From: a virus
Taxonomy: Duplodnaviria > Caudoviricetes
IMG/VR virus record: IMGVR_UViG_2857089846_000001
Span: 60,154-124,153 of that record
Length of the DNA stretch: 64,000 nt
Strand: one strand, 5' to 3'
Shown: positions 17,995 to 28,900 of the stretch, in pieces
Layout of the letters: each line of letters begins with the position of its first letter
Position numbering within the stretch: position 1 is the first letter of the stretch
Program-made: the position numbers and the translations under genes
The notes under the pieces: model-generated
Seen by the model: only the letters and a program-made list of their open reading frames with translations
What the model was told of the DNA's origin: nothing
Databases searched by the model: none

Positions 17995-18567
17995 TCACTT
18001 CCAGGGCTTCTTGCCCTTGGGGTCCGGCTCGTCCTCGTTGTCTTCGTCGGTCTCGTCGTCCGGGTCGTCAGCGAAGGGGTCGGGCTCTTCGCTCATGTCG
18101 TCGCCCAAGTCCTCGTCGGGAGTGACCACCTCGTCGGCGGTTCCGAACTGGCTGCCGTCGGTGTCGTCGGCGGCCGGGTCTTCGCCTGTCGGTGCCTGCG
18201 GCGCCTCATCGCCAGATGGGGCTTCGTTCGTGCCGCTGGTCTGCACCATGCCGGCGTCGTCCACGTCGATGGCCCACGTGTCCGGGTCGGAGTAGCGCCA
18301 CACCTGGCCGGTCTCGTCCCGCACCCAGCCTGTGAGGGTGCCGTCCTCCGCCTTGTCGAGCCAGGCTTGCTCTCCGTCCTGGCCGGAGAAGGACGCGTAC
18401 GCCAGGGCCGGGTCGGTCTCGTCTCCTTCGTCGTACACGTCGCCGGCCCACGGCCGCGCGTCGTCCTCCTGCGGCGGTTGGGGCTCCGGCGGCGGGTTGG
18501 CGGCCGGGTCGCCGGCGGTCAGCTCGTTGGGCTGGGGCAGCCTCTTCACGGCGTATGCGTAGTCCAC
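17995..18567 (-). CDS. Acidic hypothetical protein (possible internal head protein)
   Basis: Asp/Glu-rich with a Trp-rich core. Leaderless GTG 18567 inferred from promoter geometry; ATG 18582 is an alternative start. Confidence 0.7.
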   Translation of the reverse strand: MDYAYAVKRLPQPNELTAGDPAANPPPEPQPPQEDDARPWAGDVYDEGDETDPALAYASFSGQDGEQAWLDKAEDGTLTGWVRDETGQVWRYSDPDTWAIDVDDAGMVQTSGTNEAPSGDEAPQAPTGEDPAADDTDGSQFGTADEVVTPDEDLGDDMSEEPDPFADDPDDETDEDNEDEPDPKGKKPWK

Positions 18568-18574
18568 GCGGCGA

Positions 18575-18601
18575 AGGGTCATCGCTTGGAACGCTTGCGT
18601 C
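18575..18601 (-). promoter_or_regulatory. Putative leaderless promoter GACGCAAG-N13-GACCCT-TCGCCGC-GTG
   Basis: Shared architecture. Confidence 0.5.
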
Positions 18602-18868
18602 TCGGGCGCTGTTAGCGTCAGCCTGCCCACTCGTTTTGCGTTCCGTGCCCGGCTCGCCAAATTTGCAACGAGTTGGACAAGGAGCTAGACAGGAGGCGAG
18701 AGTCCGGTGTCCGATGGGCACGCTTTCACCAGCCCCGCCTTGGGGTGGGAGCACTTCGGGCGAATCCGACCGCCTAGAGACCGGTCGGGTTCGCCTGATC
18801 TGCTCACCCGCCGCGGTCGCATGCCGCCCTCCGTGCCCCCCAGGTACCTGCCGGTACGACCGTACTGC

Positions 18869-18991
18869 CTACATCCAGGCCGCGATTGCGGCCACGATCG
18901 CCACGATCAGTCCGAGGACTGTCAGCGCGATCATGACGCGGTCAGCAGGCCGCCACTTAGGGCTGCCCTGCCGCTTCTTCTTGCGGGGCAA
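18869..18991 (-). CDS. Small single-TM peptide (40 aa)
   Basis: TTG start after GGAAGGTGG; MPRKKKRQGSPKWRPADRVMIALTVLGLIVAIVAAIAAWM. Below the ORF-track cutoff. Confidence 0.55.
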   Translation of the reverse strand: MPRKKKRQGSPKWRPADRVMIALTVLGLIVAIVAAIAAWM

Positions 18992-19182
18992 TGTTTCCAC
19001 CACCTTCCTGCGCTAGGGGACGGGAATCGCGTGCTCCATCTGGCAGCGGACCACCTCCTAGGTCGAGGTTTCCCCCACTACACCACCTCGCAGAGGTGTA
19101 GTCCACTGAGCCAAGCCTCACTTTGATCATGCTGTTGAACAGGAAGAATGCTGCTACCGGCAGCGGCAAGGCTCACTCAGCG

Positions 19183-19218
19183 CTGACAAGCCCGTAGCAG
19201 ATCGCTAGGATTCTGCTA
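19183..19218 (+). promoter_or_regulatory. TA promoter CTGACA-N17-TAGGAT, leaderless, with inverted-repeat operator
   Basis: -10 lies 6 nt before the ATG; TAGCAGA (19195-19201) and TCTGCTA (19212-19218) flank the -10. Confidence 0.6.
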
Positions 19219-19475
19219 TGTCAAAGACACAGTTGAACGCCCGCGTGCCCGAGGAGCTGGCCAGCGAGGTCCGGTCAGCCGCAAGCAGGGCCGGTATGGA
19301 CATCGGGGACTACGTCGCCGCAGTGCTTGAGGCGGACCTGGCCGCAGCTTCAGGAAGCGAGGAGCTGCGCCGGGCTCGTGCGAACATGCACGCCGCAGCG
19401 GCGTACAAGAAGTGGATGGCGGCCGGACAGCCCGAGACGGGTGCGATGAGCATGGATGAGGTCTTCGGCGCGTGA
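19218..19475 (+). CDS. Ribbon-helix-helix antitoxin
   Basis: KTQLNARVPEEL..AASRAGM....YV; C-terminal MSMDEVFG; overlaps the toxin start. Confidence 0.75.
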   Translation: MSKTQLNARVPEELASEVRSAASRAGMDIGDYVAAVLEADLAAASGSEELRRARANMHAAAAYKKWMAAGQPETGAMSMDEVFGA

Positions 19476-19720
19476 CGGCGATCCCGGCGCGGTTCGCCGC
19501 CAACGTAGGCGAGACGATCAAGAACCTGCCAGTGCCCGACAGGGAAGAGCTGCACAACGCCGTGCTCCAGGCGTGCGCTGATCCCTGGTCGTGGCCGCAG
19601 GCAGACAAGTACGACATGGACGAGACGGTGCGCGTCATCACGACGCGCGCCGCCATCGTCCACTACGTGATCCTCCCGGGCCCCGACCCTCACCTGTGGG
19701 TCTTCGCCATCACTCTCTGA
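19472..19720 (+). CDS. RelE/ParE-like toxin
   Basis: 82 aa; IKNLP...ACADP...VHYVI...LWVFAI pattern; coupled to the antitoxin. Confidence 0.6.
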   Translation: MTAIPARFAANVGETIKNLPVPDREELHNAVLQACADPWSWPQADKYDMDETVRVITTRAAIVHYVILPGPDPHLWVFAITL

Positions 19721-19937
19721 CCTCCACCACCGTCGTGTGCTCGCGCAGCAACGCGAGCACGGCGCCGGTGTCCGTGGGCTCCAGCGTGCGCCGGGGCCCG
19801 AGCGGACCGAGCAGCACCGGCTTCCCGGCGTGCTGCTCGACCAAGGCCCGCACGCGGCGGGAGCCGGTCACCGGCCACTGGCCGGTGACCTCCACGTCGT
19901 AGGCAGAGCCGTCATCCAGCGTGCCTATCACCCTCAT
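19710..19937 (-). CDS. Hypothetical protein directly downstream of the giant gene
   Basis: ATG 19937 after AGGAGA; MRVIGTLDDGSAYDVEVTGQW..., 75 aa. Confidence 0.7.
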   Translation of the reverse strand: MRVIGTLDDGSAYDVEVTGQWPVTGSRRVRALVEQHAGKPVLLGPLGPRRTLEPTDTGAVLALLREHTTVVEVRE

Positions 19938-19951
19938 ATCCGACTCTCCTT

Positions 19952-22900
19952 CTACCGGGTCGCGAGCAGTCCAAGGAGGAAGGCCCGCAGGTCGTCGTCC
20001 TCGTACCAGTCGCCGGAGAACAGCGTCCCCAGGCCGAGCGGCACGACGTCGCCCGTGTCGCCCTGCTCCGTGCGGTTGCGGAACAGCCTCGCCATCAGAA
20101 CGTCCACGGAGGTGCGGCGCCGCGCTCCCACCCGGCCGCTGTGGGTCCGGGTGAAGTGGAACGCCTCCTGCGCGGCCAGCAGATCCGGGTAGTGCTGCTG
20201 CAGGTGCGCGAGCAGGGCGTGCGCGGCCGTGCGGCGGCCGCCGTCCCCGAGGTCCGCGACGGTCGCGATCCGGCTGTCCGGGTCGTACCCGCCGGTGTCG
20301 CCGCCACGGGCCCCGATGAACCGGGAGTCGGCCGGCGTCAGCCAGTCGCGCGGCACGAACTGGGAGATGTCCGTGAGCGCGCGGACGGAGTCCCTGTCGC
20401 TGTCCGGGGTGGTCACCAGCGTTGCCGTGGTGCCCGGCCCCATCTCCCGGAGCTCGGCGAGGGTGTCGCGGACGGCGTCGGGGAGCGCCGCGGTGTACGC
20501 CTGCTGAAGGCGGGTGGCCTCCTGGCGCGCGGACTGCGCCTCGACGCGGGCCGCGGCGATCTCCAGGTCGGTGTCCGTGGCGCCTCCGGCCGCAGCCGCT
20601 TCCAGGTCGCGCAGGCGCCGCTCGGCCGCGTCGGCGTAGCCGGAGGCGTGCCGGACGTTGCCGTGCGGGTCGTCGCCGAGTTCCGGCGCCGCCGCGGCAA
20701 GCCGTGCAGCGACGTCGGTGTCCACGTCCTGCCCCGCTGCCCGTACGGCGGCCAAGTGGCGCAGAGCCTGCGGGCCCGGGCCGCCGTCCACGGCACGGTC
20801 CGGGGCCCAGCGAACGCCGTCCCGCACGGCCGGGAGCTGTCCGGCAGCCAGAGACGTCCGGCTCGCGGGGCGGTACCAGCGGGAGCGGCGCGAGACCTGA
20901 CCGAAGCGGCCCGGCGCCGGGAGCAGCCGCGCCCAGTGGGCGACACGGTCGCCGAGCGGAAGCCCGTCGCCGTGCTCGGGAAGGTCTGCGGCCGCGGCCA
21001 GGCGGCGCAGACGCCGGGTCTCCGGCCACGACTTGATGCGCTCCATGAGGTTGCGGCGGAAGCGAGCAAGGCGTTCCCGCAGACTCCGCGTTCCGTTCCG
21101 GCCGGCCCGCCACGCCTTCGCGACGACCCTCGCCAGCCACTTCAGCAGCGCCATGAGGAGGCTCAGGAGCTTCCGGGCGATGGCGACGAGCAGGGCGAGG
21201 GCATGAGCGAACACGCCCGGCCGGCGGCCCTCCGGTACCTGGGAGGCGATTCGGCGGGCCGTCTCCTCGCGGGTCGCTGCCAGCCGCGCGGCGAGCTGCG
21301 CGACGATCGCGGCGCGCCGCTCCTCGGTCAGCTCACCCCCACGGACCGCGTCCGCCAGGGCCTCGCCGACAGCGTCATCTACGTGCCGCAGCACAGCGCG
21401 ATCGACGCGGGAGTCACCATCGATGCTGTCGCCGTCACGGTCGTTGTCGGGCCGGTTGCGCAGGGCCTCCGGGATGAGTCGCAGCAGGTCGGCAGCGCGA
21501 GCGGCCAGCTCCTCTTCCGACTCTCCATCGCGCGGTTCGAGGTCGTTGACGGTGCGCAGGACCGCGCGGACAGCGTCCTGACGCGCACTGGCCGCCTCCG
21601 GGCGCAGGGAGCTCACCAGCTCATCGCGCTCGGTGTCATCGAGGTCCGCGCCGTCGATCACGTCGCGAGCCTCGTTGCGGACCCTGCTCATGGCCGACCG
21701 CAGCGACTCCGGGGTGAGCTGCGCGGCGATCTGCTCGCGAAGCTGGTGGATGCTGCCCGGCGTCGTCGTGCCCTGGATGGCGTTGTCGATGACGCCGCGC
21801 ACGACCGCGTCCCCGTAGTCGGCGCGAATCCGGTCTGCCGCGGAGGGGCGGCTGGCGTCCTGGTTGCCGTCCGCCGGCGGCAGGGCCGGGGTGGGTCGGT
21901 TCCGCTCGAACACGTTGACCTGCCGTCCGCTGTGCAGTGACAGGTCGTGCATGTTCCCGTCGCCGTCCATGACGGTCACCGACATCCACCATCCGTTGCG
22001 GTGGGGCGGGGCGACGACCGTCAGGCGACGGTGGTCGTTGAGCCGGTAGCCGGCACCGGAGAGGGGTGCGTCGATGACATCGCCGACGCGCAGCTGTCCG
22101 GCCTGCACACGGGCGACAGGAACGGCCGGAGCCGCCGGATCGGACGTGGCCGGGGTGTCGCCGTCGTCGTCCTGCGCTGCCGTGGCGTCCGAACTGGGCT
22201 CGGGAAGCTGGTACAGCGACTCTCCGGAGGCGAAGGTCCGCTTGAAGCGCAGCCCGTCCTCGTCCTCGATCATGAGCGTCCGCATGCCCCCAGGGGCTTC
22301 CTGGATCTGCACGACCCGGTACGCGGTCATCGTGTCCGGGTCGAACTCGTCCGGGAGCATGAGCGTGTCGCCGACACCGACGGCGCCGATGGTGCCCGGC
22401 TCCGGCCGGCCCGTACCACCGTCGGACTCGTTGCCCGCGGCGGCGTCCAGGTGGTCGGCAGCCCGCCGCGCGGCCCGGCCCTCCGAGGTTGAGGCGTCGG
22501 CGCCTTCCCGCAGCGCACCGGCGAGCGCCGAAGCCTGTCCGGCCGTGACCGGCAGGTCGTTGGCGATACGGGCCGCGGCCTGCTGCGCCTCGGGGTCGTC
22601 GGTCGGGACCTGCCCGCGGTCGGTGATCGCGTCGCGCTCCTCCGGCGAGAGGTCGGGGTTAACCGTCGGGCCGTTGACCGGGGCCACGGCCGGGGCCGGC
22701 TCGTGGGGCACGATCGGCTCGGGGCTCTCCGGCTCGTCCTCCGGCCCGAAGTCGGGGGCGCCTCCCTCCGCGTCCACCGCCCGCCGCATCGGCGCGTCGC
22801 TGGGCACCGAAAGCGAGCCGATGTCACCAGCAATGGGGTCCTGAGTGTCGAGCGTAGTCCGCGTCCCGGTGTGCCGGATGGAGGTGATCCTCCTGGGTCG

Positions 22901-25900
22901 GCCGTTGCGTGGCACGAGCAGGTCGCCTTCCTTCAGCTCACCTGCGGTGACCGATTCCACCCGGGCGACCTTCGGGGGGGCCTGGCCGTCGCCGTTGGAG
23001 GTATCGCCGACGACACGAAGGTCACCGATCGGCAGCTCCGCCATCCCTTGGGGGGCGGCGACGGTGGCAGTGTCGCCGTCCACATCTTCGACGGTGCCGA
23101 GCATGTTGCCGTCGCGGTCGCTCACGATGTTGCCGGGCCGCACCCGGTGCCCGCCGGTGGTCCAGCCGTCGGGCCGGGCCGCGCCGCCGTCGGTGACGTT
23201 GAGGGACGTCGGGGCGTGGTCGTCGTCGGTGCGGTCGTCACCGAACTGGACACGGACGCTGTTCGCGCTCGCGCCGGTGACTACGCCTTCGCGGCCGTCG
23301 TCGTTGGTGACGATCGCGCCCGGGAAGAGGCCGTTGGCGTTGCGGTCGGTGGGCACGCGGTCGGCGATGCGGCCGGTGAGGACATCCGAGTCCGCGCCGG
23401 TCTGCGGCGAGCCCTGGAACTGGTCGGCGTCGTCGCGGGTGGCGCGCGCGGCCGCGGCGTCCGGCCTGACCCACACCGGCTTGCCGTCGCGGCTGTCGGG
23501 GGCGTCAGCGATCAGGACGCGGTACATGTCCTGAAGGCGGCGAGCCTGCGTCGTCGGGATCGACTTCGGCCCGTCCACGACGTACCCGGCCAGGGTGCGA
23601 GCTGTTCCCCGCTTGGTGGTGCCGTCGACCCGTACGAGGTCGCCCAACGTGAGGTCGCTGACCTTGACCCACTCCGCGGGTCGGCCGCCGACCGGTTCCG
23701 GCGCGGCCGAGTCTGCGGGCGTGGTGTCACCCTCGCTGGCAGGCTCCTCGCCCTTCGGGCGGCCGCCCTGCGTCCTCTTCCCGGCGGAAGGGTCAGCTTC
23801 CTGCCGGTCGTCCTGGTCGGACGGCGCGTTGCTGCTGTCGCCCTCCGAGGACGGCGCGTTGTCCGCTGCGCCGCCTGCGGAGGTGGGCTGCGCTTCTTCC
23901 GCCCGGTCGCCGCTCTGGTCGCGGTCTGCTGCCGAGCCAGGCGCGGCGGGCGTGCCGGCGGGCTCACGGTCTGCCCCGTTGCCGCTACGGGCAGGGGCAG
24001 TATCGCGTGGCGCTTCGCCCTCTCGGCGACCGTAGCGGTGGTCATCGAAGGGCATGTTGACGTCTTCGGCGCGGGCGAGCACGAGTCCGCTGCCATCCAC
24101 GGGGATGACGAAGGTCTCTGTGTCGATGGCGTGCCGGGTGGCCTCCCACGGGTCACCGCCGACCGTGATACGCCAGGCCCTCTGTCGCTTCCCGTCGGTG
24201 GTGAGGGTGGCCTTCTGCGGCTCACCGATGACGTAGCCGGTGCGGGAGGCGGTCGCACCCGAGGAGCGGCCGCTGATCCTGCCGCTGAGGTGGACGATGT
24301 CCCCTTCGCGGATGTCGCCTGCGGGCACACGGTCGGCCCGGTCTCGTGCGCCGTCCGCGAGCAGATCGTTGAGGGCCTGGTGGGCGGCACGGTTCAGGCG
24401 AGCCTCGTGGTGCTGTGCGCGCGGGTCCTCCGGGCGCAGCACGTCCAGGTGCTTTCGGATCTCGTCGGCCAGCCACCCCGGGCCGTGGATGTTTGCCTCC
24501 TTGAGGCTGGTCGGCGGCTGCTTGTAGTGGGTGTTCAGCCAGCGCAGTTCGTCGTGCAGGCGGGCGAGGTCGTCGGCGACGTTGCCGCTCGGTGTCTCGC
24601 CGCGGCCCAGCGCGGCCAGCAGGTCGCGGAGCGCCTGGAGGCGTTCCATGTCCTCCGGGCGGTTCTCCAGAGACTCCAGGCCCCTGCGTCCGTCAAGGGC
24701 GCGACCGTCGTCCATGCTGCTCAGGTCCCGTGCAAGGTCCGGGTGGACGATGCTCAAGTCCGGCTCGCCCCGCTCCTTGTCCCGCAGGACAAGGTGGGCG
24801 ATGGCCGCTTCCCTGGTCGCGAAGTGCGGGCCGCTGGAGCCGAAGGGCAGCTCGCTCCACCACACCTCTGGGTCGCCGTCGGTGTGGTCGTTCCTGTAGC
24901 GGTGCGGAGCATTCAGGTTGCCGATCAGGCGGCCGTTGCGCCACACCTGTCCACTGCGGTCCGAGCGCATGAGCGGGCCGGGGACAAAGCCCTCCTCAGC
25001 GAGGGCCCGCATCTGCTCCGGAGAGCCGAACAGCGCACGCTCGCCTTCCTCGTTGATGACCCTGTCGCTGCCGCGGCTCTCGTACCGCTTCAGCTCCTCA
25101 GCCGTGGGAATGCGGCGGCCGTCGACACTGCCGGCGTGCTGCGGCCCGTGCACCGCGTTGCCCACGTACTGCGAGGGCTCCGCCGTCGCACCCGGTGCCG
25201 CGGTGTCCGCTCCCTGTTGCCCCTCGCCCTGCGTCGTGCCCTGGGCGCCGCCCACGGCTGCGGTGCCCGCCCGGCCGCGGCTGTCATCGCCGGGGCGCCG
25301 GGGCGCGGCGTCACCGCTCTCGGTGGTGCGGCCGGGCGCTGCCGGGGCGTCCGGTCCGGAGGCCTCCCGGCTTTCATCGCTGCGCAGGTCGATCATGTTC
25401 TGCCGGGCCCGCGCGACGGCACCGGCGAGCGGCATGCCGTCAGCGTCGCTCCAAGCGCGCATGCGCTCCGGGTCGAGCACGGGGCTGGTCCAGTCGATCA
25501 GCTCGCCGTCTGCGTCACGGAGCCCCTCGTAGGCGCCTGCGAGGCGACGGGCGCCCTCACGGCCGCCGATCGCATCGCCGCTGACCTCCCAGCCTTCCAG
25601 GTGCAGGCCGCTGGCCGCGTGCCCGAACCGCCAGGTGTCACCGGTGTTGGTCCAGGTGACGAGGCCACCGCCAGGAGACAGCGTGAGGCTGTCGTTGCTG
25701 GCGAGCCCACGCAGGTACTGGGCGTGCCTCTCCGGGTCGGCGCCGCTGGGTACTGGAGCCTCGCCGGAGCGGTACCGGTTCTTCAGTGCCTCCAGACGAC
25801 GTGGCTCGTCCTGGTTGCCCGAGGAGTCGCGGCCGTCGTCGTCATCGTCATCCCGGTTGCGGCCCGGGACGCGCGGAATGACCGGGCGTGCGCCGCCCGG

Positions 25901-28900
25901 AGTGTCGCCGCCGGACTCAGGCCGGTTGCGGTCACGGTCGCGACGCCGACGACGGTTACGGCGGCGCCGCTCGGCGTCCGCGTCGTCCTGCCCGTCCTGC
26001 CCGTCGTTCTCGTCGTTCTCGTCGTCGCGGCGGTTGCCCTCCTGCTCGTCGCGGCTCGCCGCGTCGTACGCGGCCACGAGTCCGGCCGTGGCGAGATCCT
26101 TGTCGCTCCACGTCCGGCGCTGACCGTCAGCGCTCTCAGCGTGGTAGTCCGTTGGGCTCTTCCCCCAGTCGTGGGCGATCCGGCCGACGTCCACTCCATC
26201 GACGCTGACGCTCCACTCCTTCTTGCTGCCGTCGTTCGCGACCTCGGCGACGTCAGCGCGGGCCACCAGAGCGGCCACGCGGTCGGGACCGCCGAGTTCA
26301 TACGTCTCGTGGTCCTTCGGCAGCCCCCAGTTGGTGAACACGTCCGTACGCGCCCGGTGCTGCGCCCTCTTGCGCACTGCCGGCTCGGGCTTCTCCACGA
26401 GTACGACCCACTCCTCGGCTCCCACCGTGTGGGAACCGCGGTCGGAGTCCAGTGAGACGGAGCGGATCTCGCCTTCGCGGCCATTCCGGTGCGTGTGGAT
26501 GACGTAGTGCGGCGGCTCCATCCCGTCAAAGACATCGGCCGTGCCTCGTCGCGCAGAGCTCACCGTGTGGAAGATGTGTCCCTCGCCGAGTTCGGAGCCT
26601 CGCACCCAGCGCATGCCCCTGGGCAGCTCTGCTTCACCGATGCGCAGCTCGCCGGTTCCCGATCGGGCATCGGCAGCGGGGATCATCGGCGCGCCGAGGC
26701 TCTCCCGCCGGCCGTTCTCCCAGTGCATGCCAGCCCAGTTGCCGCTGTCGTCCTGCGTGGCCCACCCGGCGAAGGCCGCCCAGTAGGCGCGAGCGTCCGC
26801 GACAGCGGCCTGGAGAGGGCGGAGGGCTTCGGGAAACTCGCCACGAATGCCGTAGGTCGTCTGGTCGGGGTTGTCGCCGCCGACGACGCTGACGAGGAAG
26901 TCCTCTGCTTGCTGCTCGGAAAGGCCGTGCTCTTCAGCCCCGACGCGGGCACGCGCGACCTGCTCGCGCACCAGCTCACGGACCTTCTGCGTCCTCTCCT
27001 CAGCGAGCTGGTTCCGAAGCTCCAGGGCCTTCTTCCGGCCGTTCCGGGTGGCGATGCGGTCGACCAGGAGGGGACGGAGGTCTGCGCGCAGCTCCTCGCC
27101 CGCCTTCTGCACGGAAGACCTCAGTTCCTCGACAAGGCCAGCGAGGTACTGGCGTGCTTCCTGCGGGACTTCTTCCAGGCTTCGCCGGGTGTTCTCGTCA
27201 TACTGCGCCGAGGGCTCGACATCGGCCATCGTGGAGATCCAGAACCGTACCTGCCAGGGGTCGGCCGTGGCCGTCCAGCCGTCGCCGTTGTGGGCGAGCG
27301 CCCGGTCGAGGTACACGTTGCGTACCCCGGCCGGCTGCGGCTCCGCCCACACACCGGCCCACTCTCGGATCGGTTCGGCGCGGCCGCTTCGATCACCGGG
27401 GAAGCTCAGCAGCGGCTTGCCGTGCTCGCCTGCGAGCGCGAGAGCCGCGGCGTGCCCGGGGTTGTCGAAGTCTCCCTGGCGGTACCACTGGTCACCGACG
27501 GAGCCGTACAGGTCGTGGTCGGCGCGCCAGGCGTCCCCTCCGGTCCACTCCGCATCGCTGTGCAGGAGGGAGCCGATCCGCTCTCCGTCGAGGTAGACGG
27601 AGCGCCGGACCTCGTCCCTCTGGAAACGGCTCTCGGCGGGGATGGTCTGGACTTCGCCGACTTCCACGGGCTTGCCGTTGTGCTCGCCGACCTTCTCGCG
27701 GATCTCCTCCGGGCCGTTCCCGACTTCGGTGTCGGCTGCCTGAGCGGCGTCCGGCGCCGGTGCGTCGCCGCGCCGGCTGAACGGGTCGGGCTCGCCGGGC
27801 GGGGGCATGGTCGCGGAGGCTTCCAGCCCGCGGGCCTGCCAGCGCACGCCTTGGGCCAGACGCCGGTACAGCTTCTCGCGGCGGCGGCCGTCCGCGGTGC
27901 TCAGGTCGAGAGCGTCGGCCTCTTGGTCGATGGCGTCGGCTGCGTACCGCATCTGGTTCGCCGACACGGGCCCGCTGTAGTAGTTGTTGGCCACGTGCCG
28001 CAGGTCCGCGTCGTCGCCGTTTGCCCATCGCTTGGCGAGATCCCCGAGCTCACGGAACTGGGCCTTGGTCAGCAGCGTGCCGAGGATTTCGCCGCGCATG
28101 TCCTCCGGGCGGGTCACGCCACGGCCGTGGGAAGGGTCGACGTTGGAATCCGCTTGGTAGGCGGCTGACCAAGCTGCCCCCTTGATGGAGCGGTACAGGC
28201 CGTTCTCGCCGGTGCCCTCGGAAATCGCAGCCGCAGGCGTCCTCGGGCCGCCGCCGCGGGCATCCTGCGCCTTCCAGGTGGATGCACCCTTGGGGCCTCG
28301 GGCCCGAATCCAGGCGACCATCTCGCCGTCCCGCATGATGGCGCCGTGGCCGGCGTCCACGTCGAGGTTGGCCAGCCGGTAGCCGTCCATGCTTTCGATC
28401 GGAGCACCTTCGCTGGTGGCAGCAGCGGCCAGCCACGCGTTCTCTCGCTCACGCTTCGCGCCGGCTTCCGCCTTCCTGTCCAGCTCGGCGGCCGACGCGT
28501 CCTGGCCAGGCCGGCGCAGCTCGGCGAGGGCGATCGGGCGCATCCCGGAGTCGGTGTCGACCAGAGCGAAGCCGTTGTCGGCTATGTGCCGGATGGCGCC
28601 TGCCCCGTGCTGCGGGGTGAGCACCTGGTCCCCCTCGCCCCACGAGCTGGTGTCGGCGTCCGGGGCGTTGTCCGGCTTCGGCGCAGGCGTGGGCGCATCC
28701 GGCGCGTTCGTCTCATCGGAGGGTGCAGGCAGCTTCTTCGGAAGTGTGAGGCCTTGGAACTTGGCGGATTTCCTCACGTCACGACGGCGAAGCGCTTCCT
28801 CGGCGAGCTGCCGCGACTCCTCAGTCTCGTCCAGGACGACGAGCTGCCGGGGGTCGTAGCCGAGGTTGACTCCCCCGATCGTGGCCAGGTGAGCGGTGTA

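Noticed and set aside
18611-18619. Second GACGCTAAC box upstream of the acidic gene
   Set aside because: No -10-like hexamer at 13-14 nt; the adjacent box at 18594-18601 fits instead.
23601-23610. GCTGTTCCCC half-site
   Set aside because: Second arm absent; likely chance.
22070-24335. A-x-x-L-x-x-G-D motifs as an intein/Hint domain
   Set aside because: No N-terminal Cys/Ser block or C-terminal HN motif seen; treated as small barrel repeats.
22703-26455. 1250-aa plus-strand ORF (also 37799..41434, 168..2723, 34175..36505 and similar)
   Set aside because: Antisense shadows of high-GC genes, with no motifs or RBS.
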